62,879 nucleotides of DNA from Patescibacteria group bacterium (GTDB lineage Bacteria; Patescibacteriota; Patescibacteriia; UM-FILTER-42-10): the NCBI GenBank assembly GCA_041666845.1, contig JBAYGC010000008.1, forward strand, positions 1 through 62,879. Direction: 5' to 3'. Made by a program: the position numbers and the translations under genes. Under the pieces are notes generated by a model. The model was not told where the DNA came from, searched no databases, and was given only the letters and a program-made list of their open reading frames with translations. Shown in pieces: positions 53,544-62,658 of this stretch (position 1 is the first letter of the stretch; each line of letters starts with the position of its first letter).

Positions 53544-55742
53544 ATGTCAAAAAAATTAGTCATTGTTGAGTCGCCCACCAAAGCGAAAACTGTAACCAAG
53601 CTTTTGGGAGACAACTCGGAATACACAGTAAAAGCCAGTGTCGGTCATATTCGTGATATACCGAAAAGCAACAAGAAGGCTATTGATATTGAAGCGGGCT
53701 TTGTTCCGCAATATGAAATCTCGGCCGATAAAAAACACATTGTAGCGGAACTTCGAAAATACGCCAAAATATCCGACGAAATTCTCTTAGCAACTGACCC
53801 GGACCGGGAAGGAGAAGCAATCGCCTGGCATATCGCGGAAATCCTGAATGGTGACGGCAACAGCAAAAAAACCAAGAGAATTGTATTCCACGAAATCACC
53901 CAGGCGGCAATTGACGAAGCAATCGCTAATCCTAGAGAAATCGATCAGAATCTGCGTATTGCACAGGAGGCACGCAGAGTACTAGACAGGCTGGTGGGAT
54001 ATGATCTGAGCGGTTTGATCTGGAAAAAAGTTAGATACGGTTTATCGGCAGGCAGGGTTCAGTCCCCGGCACTGCGAATTCTGGTTGAACGGGAAAGAAT
54101 AATTCAGAAATTTTTACCGGAGACTTTCTGGCAAATCACAGCTGATCTTGTAACCGAAAATAATAAGATCCAGTTTAGTTGTTCAGTTGAACCGAAAGAA
54201 ATCAAAGAGGTTGAGAGTATCATCGAGCAGGGTAAAAAGGGCAAGTGGCAAGTTATTGACATGAAGGAAAGTAACGCCGTTAGAAGTCCGCGCGCGCCGT
54301 TTACCACTTCAACGCTACAACAAACCGCTAGCTCACGTTTTGGTTATACGCCATCACGCACTATGAGCACCGCACAACGACTGTACGAAGCCGGCTATAT
54401 CACTTATATGCGTACTGACAGCACTAATCTCAGCACAGAATCCATAGGTAATATTACCAGGACAATTACAAAAGAATACGGTGAGGAGTCAGTCCGTGTC
54501 AGAGTTTACAAAACCAAGAGTAAAAACGCCCAGGAAGCCCATGAAGCAATCAGACCGTCAGATTTTTCCAGAAAAATTGCCGGTGCTACCGAAGATCAAA
54601 AAAAGTTATACCAGCTGATCTGGCAAAGAACTGTTGCCAGTCAAATGATTGACGCCGTACTGTTAAGAACGAAAATAACTGCCAATATTACCAATGGAAC
54701 AATCCCGAACTTTGTTGTTAATGGCACACACATTACCAATCCGGGATGGCTTTTAGCAGACCCGACAGCACGCAATGAAGAAATCGATCTGCCGAAACTG
54801 AAAATTTCAGATCCGTTAACACTGGATCAGATCAACTCGTTGGAAAAACAAACCTTACCACCGCCCAGATATACAGAAGCCGGCCTAGTGAAAGAGCTGG
54901 AAAAAAGAGGAATCGGCCGTCCAAGCACATATGCATCCATTATCAATACGATTATCGCCCGAGGCTATGTGGTGAAGGAAGGACGTTCACTGGTACCGAC
55001 CGATACCGGCGAGGTAGTCAGCAAATTTTTGGAAGATAATTTTGCCAAATACATCAGCGACTCTTTTACCGCAGAGATGGAAGATGAATTAGATGAAATT
55101 GCGCAGGGGAAAAGAGAATATGTCAAAACGCTAAAAGATTTTTATGAGCCTTTTTCTAAAGACGTTAAGTCAAAGGAAAAAATTGATAAGATTACCAATC
55201 TCGGCGACGCGGATAAGGATATTAAATGCCCGAAATGCCAGTCTGAAATGATAATTAAACTTGGCCGTTCCGGAAAATTCTTAAGTTGCGCCAAATTCCC
55301 CGATTGCAGTGGCAGTCGGACAATTGATGGCAAGGAAATGCAGGGTCCGAAAGAAACTGGTGATCCGTGTCCGGAATGCAAGGACGGCAAGCTAGTGGAA
55401 CGCGAAGGAAAGTATGGGTTATTTATCTCCTGTTCCAATTATCCAAAATGCAAATACATCAAAAATAGCGAAAACGGACAGAATTCCACGGGCGTTAAAT
55501 GTACGGAATGTAAAGACGGCGAAATGGTGGAAAAAAGAGGGCGGTTCGGAAAGTTTTACAGTTGTTCCAACTATCCAAAATGCAAACACGCCATCAAAGC
55601 TAAACCGACCGGTAGATTTTGTGAATATGTAAGAGAAACGGGAGTATGTGGCGCATTAATGATGGAAGGAACAAAAACAATCCCCGAAAGATGCAGTGAT
55701 AAAACCTGCCCCAATCATAATCCGCACAAATTAACAAAATAA
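53544..55742 (+). CDS. topA: DNA topoisomerase I (Toprim, core and four C-terminal zinc ribbons)
   Basis: 732 aa with LVIVESPTKAKT, DPDREGEAIAWH and the active-site context YITYMRTDS, then CPKC/CPEC/CTEC Zn ribbons. Confidence 0.95.
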   Translation: MSKKLVIVESPTKAKTVTKLLGDNSEYTVKASVGHIRDIPKSNKKAIDIEAGFVPQYEISADKKHIVAELRKYAKISDEILLATDPDREGEAIAWHIAEILNGDGNSKKTKRIVFHEITQAAIDEAIANPREIDQNLRIAQEARRVLDRLVGYDLSGLIWKKVRYGLSAGRVQSPALRILVERERIIQKFLPETFWQITADLVTENNKIQFSCSVEPKEIKEVESIIEQGKKGKWQVIDMKESNAVRSPRAPFTTSTLQQTASSRFGYTPSRTMSTAQRLYEAGYITYMRTDSTNLSTESIGNITRTITKEYGEESVRVRVYKTKSKNAQEAHEAIRPSDFSRKIAGATEDQKKLYQLIWQRTVASQMIDAVLLRTKITANITNGTIPNFVVNGTHITNPGWLLADPTARNEEIDLPKLKISDPLTLDQINSLEKQTLPPPRYTEAGLVKELEKRGIGRPSTYASIINTIIARGYVVKEGRSLVPTDTGEVVSKFLEDNFAKYISDSFTAEMEDELDEIAQGKREYVKTLKDFYEPFSKDVKSKEKIDKITNLGDADKDIKCPKCQSEMIIKLGRSGKFLSCAKFPDCSGSRTIDGKEMQGPKETGDPCPECKDGKLVEREGKYGLFISCSNYPKCKYIKNSENGQNSTGVKCTECKDGEMVEKRGRFGKFYSCSNYPKCKHAIKAKPTGRFCEYVRETGVCGALMMEGTKTIPERCSDKTCPNHNPHKLTK

Positions 55743-55746
55743 AAAT

Positions 55747-56469
55747 ATGAGTGATAATAACACAAGCGTCCAACTTGAAGAAACTTGTGACAGATGCGGA
55801 AAACCAATGACTTTAAGATCCGGCAGATACGGGGAGTTCCTGGCATGTACGGGGTATCCTGACTGTAAGAATACCATCAATGTAGTCCGGGAAGGGGTGA
55901 AGCAGGAAATGCATGAAGACCGACTGCTCGGTAATGACCCGGAAACAAACAAACCGGTGTACCTGAAGGAAGGACGCTATGGAACATATATTCAACTGGG
56001 AGATCTGGAAAAAGGCAGAAAACCGAAGACCGCTTCTTTGCTTCGAGGAATGAATGCAAAGACTTTAAATCTTGAAACGGCACTGCAACTTTTAACCTTA
56101 CCGAAAACACTGGGTACAACTGATGAGGGGGAAATAATTACGGTATCCAATGGAAAATTCGGACCTTATATTAAAGCAGGAAAAGAGACCCGCAGTCTCC
56201 CCTCAAATTTGTCGCCACTAAAGATTACTCTGGATGAAGCGAGAGATTTATTGAAGGGTGATAAGTTACGACCAGGTGGAACATCGCCGGTGATTAATCT
56301 GGGCACTGATGAAGAGCATAATGATATAATAATCAAAGAAGGGAAATTCGGACCGTATATTACAAACGGCAAAATAAATGTTTCCGTTCCTAAAACTGTC
56401 ACATCTGAATCTGTCACTTTAGAAGATGCTATAGCTATGCTGGAAAAGAAGGCTAAAAAGATCAAATAA
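55747..56469 (+). CDS. Stand-alone topoisomerase I C-terminal module (one Zn ribbon plus three Topo C-terminal repeats)
   Basis: 240 aa with CDRCGKPMTLRSGRYGEFLACTGYPDC, then GRYGTYIQLG, GKFGPYIKAG and GKFGPYITNG. It starts 4 nt after the topA stop, in another frame. Confidence 0.8.
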   Translation: MSDNNTSVQLEETCDRCGKPMTLRSGRYGEFLACTGYPDCKNTINVVREGVKQEMHEDRLLGNDPETNKPVYLKEGRYGTYIQLGDLEKGRKPKTASLLRGMNAKTLNLETALQLLTLPKTLGTTDEGEIITVSNGKFGPYIKAGKETRSLPSNLSPLKITLDEARDLLKGDKLRPGGTSPVINLGTDEEHNDIIIKEGKFGPYITNGKINVSVPKTVTSESVTLEDAIAMLEKKAKKIK

Positions 56470-56567
56470 ATTTAACTGACCAGGAAGGGCAAAAAGCCCT
56501 TCTTTTGATTTTCGCTTGATTGTTGGGTGATTGTATTCTAAACTGGAAATACTATTTCGACCCCCCA

Positions 56568-58007
56568 ATGACTATACAACAACTACTGAATAAAATCGCG
56601 AAGAAAAACCCCAAAATGGATTTAGACATGATCCGCCTGGCTTATGATTATGCCAAAGAGGCTCATAAAGGGCAAAAAAGGCGTTCCGGCGAGGATTATA
56701 TCCAACACCCCCTACATACAGCCAGTAATTTGGTTGACATGGGCCTAGACGAGAAAATCATTATCGCCGGTCTGCTGCACGACATTCCGGAAGATACCGA
56801 TTTAACGATTGAAGACATCAGAAAAGAATTCGGTAAAGATATCGCCACACTCGTTGCCGGTATAACCAAACTGGGCAAAATCAAATACCGGGGCATGCAA
56901 AGATATGTTGAAAATCTCCGGAAGATGTTTCTGGCAATGGCTAAAGACGTCAGAATCATTCTGATTAAATTTGCCGACCGGATGCACAACCTGCAAACAC
57001 TGGATGCATTACCGGAAGAAAAACGCAGAAGAATCGCGCTGGAAACGCTGGAAATCTATTCACCGATTGCGAACCGGCTTGGGATGGGAGAAATCAAAGG
57101 CATTCTGGAAGATCTGTCCTTCCCTCACGTCCTGCCGGAGGAATATGCCTGGTTGATGAAAGAAACCAAAGGGAGAATTACCAGACAGGAAAAATTTCTG
57201 GAAGAGGTAAAAAAAGAAATTAAAAAAGTTCTCAGGAAAGAAGGAATCGAAACAATCTCGATTCATGGACGTACTAAATATCTTTATAGTTTGTATAAAA
57301 AACTTCTCGTCAAAGACAAGGATTTCAGCAAGATCTATGACCTAGTCGCTTTGCGGATAATCGTGCCCACGATCAGCGACTGTTATGCCACCCTAGGCAT
57401 CATCCACAAATACTGGAAACCGCTGAAGGGCAGAATAAAAGACTATATCGCCACCCCTAAACCAAACGGATACCAATCACTGCACACAACAGTATTCTGC
57501 TTGGACGGAAATTTGGTTGAATTTCAGATCCGCACCCCCGAAATGCATGAATTTGCAGAATACGGAATCGCCGCCCATTGGCATTATTCCGAAACAGGAA
57601 AAACAAAAGATAGTCACGGTATTACCGTTGATTCACCCGCCTGGATTAAAGACCTGGTAACCATTCAGAAAGAGGCTAAAGACAAAACACACTATCTGGA
57701 AGCCATTAAAGTCGATATTTTCCAAAATAGGATCTTTGTTTTCACACCGAAAGGAGACGTAATTGATTTACCGGAGGATTCCACACCGGTTGATTTTGCT
57801 TTCAGCATTCATACGGATGTCGGCATTAGATGCATCGGCGCAAGAGTAAATGAAAAAATCTCCAGCCTTGATACAAGATTAAAAAGCGGAGACATGGTGG
57901 ATATCATTATCGATAAAAACAGAAAAAAGCCGAGCACCGACTGGCTCAGCTTTGTAAAGACAAATATTGCGCGGGAAAAAATCCGGTATTACAGCCGACA
58001 AAAGTAG
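56568..58007 (+). CDS. rel: Bifunctional (p)ppGpp synthetase/hydrolase (RelA/SpoT homolog; HD, synthetase and TGS domains)
   Basis: It has an HD domain (HPLHTA..LLHDIPEDT), a synthetase domain (GRTKYLYSLYKK, DLVALRIIV, YQSLHTTV) and a TGS domain (IFVFTPKGDVIDLP). The ATG at 56568 is preferred over the ORF-track TTG at 56520. Confidence 0.9.
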   Translation: MTIQQLLNKIAKKNPKMDLDMIRLAYDYAKEAHKGQKRRSGEDYIQHPLHTASNLVDMGLDEKIIIAGLLHDIPEDTDLTIEDIRKEFGKDIATLVAGITKLGKIKYRGMQRYVENLRKMFLAMAKDVRIILIKFADRMHNLQTLDALPEEKRRRIALETLEIYSPIANRLGMGEIKGILEDLSFPHVLPEEYAWLMKETKGRITRQEKFLEEVKKEIKKVLRKEGIETISIHGRTKYLYSLYKKLLVKDKDFSKIYDLVALRIIVPTISDCYATLGIIHKYWKPLKGRIKDYIATPKPNGYQSLHTTVFCLDGNLVEFQIRTPEMHEFAEYGIAAHWHYSETGKTKDSHGITVDSPAWIKDLVTIQKEAKDKTHYLEAIKVDIFQNRIFVFTPKGDVIDLPEDSTPVDFAFSIHTDVGIRCIGARVNEKISSLDTRLKSGDMVDIIIDKNRKKPSTDWLSFVKTNIAREKIRYYSRQK

Positions 58008-58015
58008 TAAATCGA

Positions 58016-60289
58016 CTACTCCCCTTTTAGAGTAGAAATTTTATTTAGAATCATTTCATTATCAGGATTTGTCTCCAGCACCTTCTCTAATTCAGAGATG
58101 GCGCTTTCTTTTTCACCCTTAGTTTCATATACCACCGCCAGCCAGAAATGCGCATTGGCATGATCAGGCTGCAGAGAGATAATAATCTGGAATTGTTCTT
58201 TTGCTTGATCAAGCTCATTTAAATCAATCAGATCTTTACCCAGCTCTTCACGCAATGCCAGATTATATGGATTTAAACTCACTGAACCGGTGAGAACATC
58301 AACCGCCTCCTGAGTTTTTTCCTGCATTTTTAATATCTTAGCAAAAATCAACTTTGCTTCCCAATAATTTTCCTTCAAGTCCATTGCCTTCCGGGCATCT
58401 TGCTCGGCTGAAGCCAATAAGTTATTAATCTCCTCTTCAATTTCAGGAGTTATCGTGTCTGACTGCCCCAAAGTCTGTGCACTGGCATAATAAACATTAG
58501 CAACATTATATATTAGATATGCATTATTAGAATCCAGTGTAATTGCATCAGTGTAAGTATCAAAGACATCGGCAACCGATACAGGGCCATTGAGATTATT
58601 TATTACTCTGTATATTTCCGCCGACCGTTCAATAATAATTACATTTTTTGGAGACTTTTTTACGGCATAATCAACCGCCGATTTTGCATCTGCTAAAAAT
58701 TGGGCTACCTTTGTACTATTCTCATCCAAGCTGCTGGCAACGACATACTGTTCGGCAAGCGAGAGGCGGTATTGAGCATTCCATGGAGCCTGTTCAACTG
58801 ACTTTTCCAAATATTGACTGACTATCCCGGATTTAGAAGTATCATTAGCTATTGTTTCTGCTTTGGCAAAGTTGTGTTCACTGACTAGCAATCTGGTTCC
58901 AAAATATATAAATGAGACGGAACCCACCATAAGTAATGCGAATAAAATAGAAAACGCAAAATTACTCAGTGATGATTTCTGAAAATCAATTTTTTTTGTT
59001 TTTGTTGACACAATATTGCCACACAAGCCCAGTAATATCCAGAAAAGCAGATAAGTAATACTACTGAAATGATGCAGAAAGACTGAAAGGAATAAGACCA
59101 GAAACGCCACTGTTACCGTCGCTAGGTAAATCCAGGAATCATCGGGTTGTTTGGCGGAAAGTACCCGCTTGCCAATTTTTACAATTGACCAAAGGAATAA
59201 TCCCGCAAACAAGACAGTTGCAAAAAAACCGACCGTGGCAAAAAGTTGAAACAATTCATTATAAGAACGGTCAAAACGAAGTTGCCACAGTAAAGAATTA
59301 TTGAACTCTACCGGCCGGTATTTGGTAAAATCATACAAAAAGGTTTCCGGGCCGGAACCGAACAGAAACATCTGCATCCCGCCCGTCTTTGTGATATTCC
59401 ATGCGGTTTGTAAATCCAACTTCACATCCTTAGGTGGTACAACTGCGGAAATTGAAGCTGTATTAAAAAACAAAAATCCGATTGCTATAACCAAAAGTAC
59501 TGTCGGGATAATAATCCAGATTGTTTTCAGCTTCTTTGACTGCATAGATAAGAACACTAACCAAAGGAACATTCCTGCAATAAACAAATACCAGCCCAAA
59601 CTGCTGTCCAAAAAGAACAATGTGGCAAAAGCTAAGACCATTACCACTTCGCTTAATATCCGATCAATTCTTTTTTCACTTTTTACCAAAAATCCAAAAG
59701 CAAATACAGATAAGATAACAAGATAAACGGAAAATATGGACACCGAGTTGGCAATCAAATTAAACGCGTTATTTTGGGAAAATTCATAGGAAAAAATATG
59801 AACACCGAACAGTTGAGCTAAATTGAATATTAATACCAGAAGCCCGGAGAATAAAAAGCCTCTTACCAGCGTCCATACTTCATTGGTGTCTCGAACAGAA
59901 TTAACAATCAGAAAATAAAAAACAACGCCCAATAAGACACTGGTCAAACTTCCATGCGACAGGCCGTTGCCCAGGAAGCTAGTAAACCGATCCACAGAAA
60001 AAAGAGTTGCCAATAAGTATAAAAACCCGAACGCTAACACCAGCATATTCAGCAAACTATGCCTATAAACCACTTTCTTTTCAATTATCACCCCAACAAG
60101 CCAGGCGGCAGCGGCCACAATAACCAACACGCCGAAAATAAACAGCTTCGGAAATTCCAGAATTGTATCGGTATTGGGAAAAAATATTAATGGCAACAAA
60201 AATACTACTAAATACAAGCAATAATGAATTACTTTGTCAGCAATATTTTTCTTTTTTGTAATCGGATTTTTTGCGATTTTTAACCACAT
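58016..60289 (-). CDS. Polytopic O-antigen ligase/Wzy-like membrane protein with C-terminal TPR repeats
   Basis: 757 aa with at least 10 TM helices, then TPR-like repeats (AKILKMQEKTQEAVDVL, HFWLAVVYETKGEKESAISELEKVLETNPDN). Confidence 0.6.
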   Translation of the reverse strand: MWLKIAKNPITKKKNIADKVIHYCLYLVVFLLPLIFFPNTDTILEFPKLFIFGVLVIVAAAAWLVGVIIEKKVVYRHSLLNMLVLAFGFLYLLATLFSVDRFTSFLGNGLSHGSLTSVLLGVVFYFLIVNSVRDTNEVWTLVRGFLFSGLLVLIFNLAQLFGVHIFSYEFSQNNAFNLIANSVSIFSVYLVILSVFAFGFLVKSEKRIDRILSEVVMVLAFATLFFLDSSLGWYLFIAGMFLWLVFLSMQSKKLKTIWIIIPTVLLVIAIGFLFFNTASISAVVPPKDVKLDLQTAWNITKTGGMQMFLFGSGPETFLYDFTKYRPVEFNNSLLWQLRFDRSYNELFQLFATVGFFATVLFAGLFLWSIVKIGKRVLSAKQPDDSWIYLATVTVAFLVLFLSVFLHHFSSITYLLFWILLGLCGNIVSTKTKKIDFQKSSLSNFAFSILFALLMVGSVSFIYFGTRLLVSEHNFAKAETIANDTSKSGIVSQYLEKSVEQAPWNAQYRLSLAEQYVVASSLDENSTKVAQFLADAKSAVDYAVKKSPKNVIIIERSAEIYRVINNLNGPVSVADVFDTYTDAITLDSNNAYLIYNVANVYYASAQTLGQSDTITPEIEEEINNLLASAEQDARKAMDLKENYWEAKLIFAKILKMQEKTQEAVDVLTGSVSLNPYNLALREELGKDLIDLNELDQAKEQFQIIISLQPDHANAHFWLAVVYETKGEKESAISELEKVLETNPDNEMILNKISTLKGE

Positions 60290-60301
60290 GTTTTTTGCTA
60301 T

Positions 60302-61159
60302 TTAAACTATTTTATTAATTAAAGAATCTAATTCATCGGAAGAATAATATTCAATAATTACCTTTCCGCCCTTTCCACGCTGTTCGATTCTGACCTTGGT
60401 TGAAAGCGCAACGCGCAATTTTTCTTCTTTTTCCTGGAGGTTATAATCAATTGTTGCATTCTTCTTTGGAGGCTTTATAGCATGAACAACCCGAGTCGCC
60501 TCCTGAACGTTCAGTCCGCCTCTTAATATTTTTTTGAATGTATTCAGCTGATCTTTTTCAGAATCCAAAGATAAGATGACCTTCGCGTGCCCGAGTGTTA
60601 TTTTTCGCTCGATTAATGCCTGTTGTACTTCCGCCGGAAGTTCAAGAATTCTCAACAGATTAGCAACCGTCGCGCGATTTTTCCCCACCCGCTTTGCCAT
60701 CTGTTCCTGCGTCAAGCTGAATTCATGCATCAGCCGCAGATATGCCAGCGCTTCTTCAACCGGGTTTAAATCCTGCCGCTGAATATTTTCAATTAATGAA
60801 ACCTCTAATTTTTGTTGCTGAGAAACGTTGCGCAGAACAGTCGGCACAGTTTGTAATCCTACAATTTTTGCAGCTCGCAGTCTTCTTTCACCGGCAATCA
60901 ACTGGTATCTTTCACCTTCTTTGGAAACCACCAGCGGTTGAATAATGCCGTGTTCTCTTATGGAATCAACCAGCTCCTGTTCGGCATGGCTGTCAAAATA
61001 GGTGCGGGGTTGCATGGGATTGACCTGGATTTCCCCGATTGCCAATTCGTGTACTGCCTCTTCTTTTGCACCGGCCAACTGCGCTGTAGTCACACTTGCC
61101 ACTTGCTTGATTGGGATCAGTGCGGCTAATCCTTTGCCCAGACTATGATTGTGTTTCAT
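60302..61159 (-). CDS. parB: Chromosome partitioning protein ParB
   Basis: 285 aa with GLAALIP, GIIQPLVV, LIAGERRLRAAK and an HTH (TQEQMAKRVGKNRATVANLLR). Confidence 0.93.
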   Translation of the reverse strand: MKHNHSLGKGLAALIPIKQVASVTTAQLAGAKEEAVHELAIGEIQVNPMQPRTYFDSHAEQELVDSIREHGIIQPLVVSKEGERYQLIAGERRLRAAKIVGLQTVPTVLRNVSQQQKLEVSLIENIQRQDLNPVEEALAYLRLMHEFSLTQEQMAKRVGKNRATVANLLRILELPAEVQQALIERKITLGHAKVILSLDSEKDQLNTFKKILRGGLNVQEATRVVHAIKPPKKNATIDYNLQEKEEKLRVALSTKVRIEQRGKGGKVIIEYYSSDELDSLINKIV

Positions 61160-61170
61160 TATATAAGTGA

Positions 61171-61935
61171 TTAATTTTCTGTATCAATTATTTCCCGCGC
61201 TAATCTTTCATATGCTTTTGCACCTTTGGATTTTGGATCATAGGTTAGGATTGACTCACCAAAAGAAGGAGCTTCTGCCAACCGGACATTCCGTGGTATT
61301 ACTGAACGAAAAATTTTATTTGGAAAAAATTTGTACAATTCATTCATTACTTCCTGAGAAAGCTGGTATCTCCGGTCAAACATGGTTAATACCGCGCCTA
61401 AGATTTTTAAATCGGGCTTAAGATTTTCTTTGATCAAATTTACAGTATTAAGCAACTGACCCAATCCTTCCAGCGCGTAGTATTCACTTTGAACCGGAAT
61501 CAATATTTCATCCGCTGCAACCAAGCCGTTAATAGTTAATAACCCCAAACTCGGCGGGCAATCAATGATAATATAATCAAAGTCATGTTTTACTTCCATT
61601 AGACTGTTGTGTAGCCGGTATTCTCTTTGATCCACCGGAACAAGTTCAATGTTGGCGCCGGCTAGGGACATAGTTGCTGGCGCAACTTTATATCCGTCTA
61701 TCTGAGTATGTTGAGTAATATCCCGAAATGTTGCTTTATTAATTATTGCTTCATAAACTCCCTGCTGGACCATTTTCACATCTACTCCCATTCCTGATGA
61801 GGCATTACCTTGCGGATCAATATCCACTAATAAAACAAACCGCCCCATTTGCGCCAAATATGCACCAAGGTTAACAGCGGTTGTTGTCTTTCCTACTCCG
61901 CCTTTCTGATTTACCAGTGAAATAATTCGGGCCAT
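61171..61935 (-). CDS. parA: Chromosome partitioning ATPase ParA/Soj
   Basis: 254 aa with the deviant Walker A NQKGGVGKTTT, DIDPQGN and IIDCPPSLG. Confidence 0.95.
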   Translation of the reverse strand: MARIISLVNQKGGVGKTTTAVNLGAYLAQMGRFVLLVDIDPQGNASSGMGVDVKMVQQGVYEAIINKATFRDITQHTQIDGYKVAPATMSLAGANIELVPVDQREYRLHNSLMEVKHDFDYIIIDCPPSLGLLTINGLVAADEILIPVQSEYYALEGLGQLLNTVNLIKENLKPDLKILGAVLTMFDRRYQLSQEVMNELYKFFPNKIFRSVIPRNVRLAEAPSFGESILTYDPKSKGAKAYERLAREIIDTEN

Positions 61936-62017
61936 TACCAGTAATATTTTTGTTTAATATAACCTTTATATTATACCAATTTTTACAAATTTTACCACTC
62001 CCATTTATAGTAGTTGA

Positions 62018-62046
62018 CCCCTTTAGAGAGTTTCTCTCTAACGGGG
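62018..62046. repeat. 12-bp-stem palindrome upstream of parA, flanked by direct GTTGAC repeats
   Basis: CCCCTTTAGAGAG-tttc-TCTCTAACGGGG has one mismatch. It lies 83-111 nt upstream of the parA start. Confidence 0.5.
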
Positions 62047-62116
62047 TTGACAGAAAAGCTGTATTCCATTTAGACTGTGTATGAGATAAAGATATTCATA
62101 AGAAATATTTCGGAAC

Positions 62117-62136
62117 AAGCCGGGATGGCGGAACTG
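62117..62136 (+). repeat. 20-nt direct duplicate of the tRNA-Leu 5' end (2 nt of flank plus the first 18 nt)
   Basis: AAGCCGGGATGGCGGAACTG at 62117-62136 is identical to 62513-62532. Confidence 0.85.
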
Positions 62137-62251
62137 CCATGAACCACTAAAGGGTTCATGGCTATCACGTACCCTTTAGTGGTACGAGATGGCGGACATC
62201 ATAATGTACTAATAATCATTGTTATTTAATAATCCATAACACAATATCAAT

Positions 62252-62509
62252 ATGTTTTCTGTTTATATTTTGCTTTTATCCAACAAGCAACTTTACGCAG
62301 GGATTACTAATAACCTTGAAAGACGTTTAAAAGAACATAGACAGGGTAAGAGCACATTTACCAAAAATTGATTACCTGTTAAAATTATTTTCTATGAAAT
62401 GTTTAATAATAAGGAAGATGCTGAAAAAAGAGAACGCTACTTTAAAACCAGTAAAGGAAAGAAGTCATTAAGAGCATTGCTCAGAAACACATTATCGAAC
62501 ATAAAATAG
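62252..62509 (+). pseudogene. GIY-YIG nuclease gene interrupted by an in-frame TGA
   Basis: MFSVYILLLSNKQLYAGITNNLERRLKEHRQGKSTFTKN-TGA(62369)-LPVKIIFYEMFNNKEDAEKRERYFKTSKGKKSLRALL. It is collinear with the intact copy at 9138-9401. Confidence 0.7.
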
Positions 62510-62514
62510 ATTAA

Positions 62515-62601
62515 GCCGGGATGGCGGAACTGGCAGACGCGCTGGACTCAAAATCCAGTGATGGCAACATCATGAGAGTTCAAGTCTCTCTCCCGGTACC
62601 A
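62515..62601 (+). tRNA. tRNA-Leu (CAA), long variable arm, CCA encoded
   Basis: GCCGGGA TG GCGG AACTGGCAGA CGCG C TGGAC TCAAAAT CCAGT GATGGCAACATCAT GAGAG TTCAAGT CTCTC TCCCGGT A CCA. Confidence 0.9.
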
Positions 62602-62629
62602 CAAGTCATCAAATGTTTCGGGCATATAC

Positions 62630-62658
62630 TTGCCAAATTAATATATTTAGGCTAAACT
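62630..62658 (+). promoter_or_regulatory. Promoter TTGCCA-17-TAAACT leading into a GC-elevated segment truncated by the window end
   Basis: TTGCCA is at 62630-62635, followed by a 17-nt spacer and TAAACT at 62653-62658. The downstream region has 34/60 GC at 62761-62820. Confidence 0.45.

Noticed and set aside
62369-62371. The in-frame TGA in the second GIY-YIG gene as evidence for UGA recoding (genetic code 25 or 4).
   Set aside because: prfB carries the UGA-dependent autoregulatory frameshift, and several genes in the window terminate at TGA, including the frame 0 part of prfB. UGA is therefore a stop here, and the gene is best called a pseudogene.
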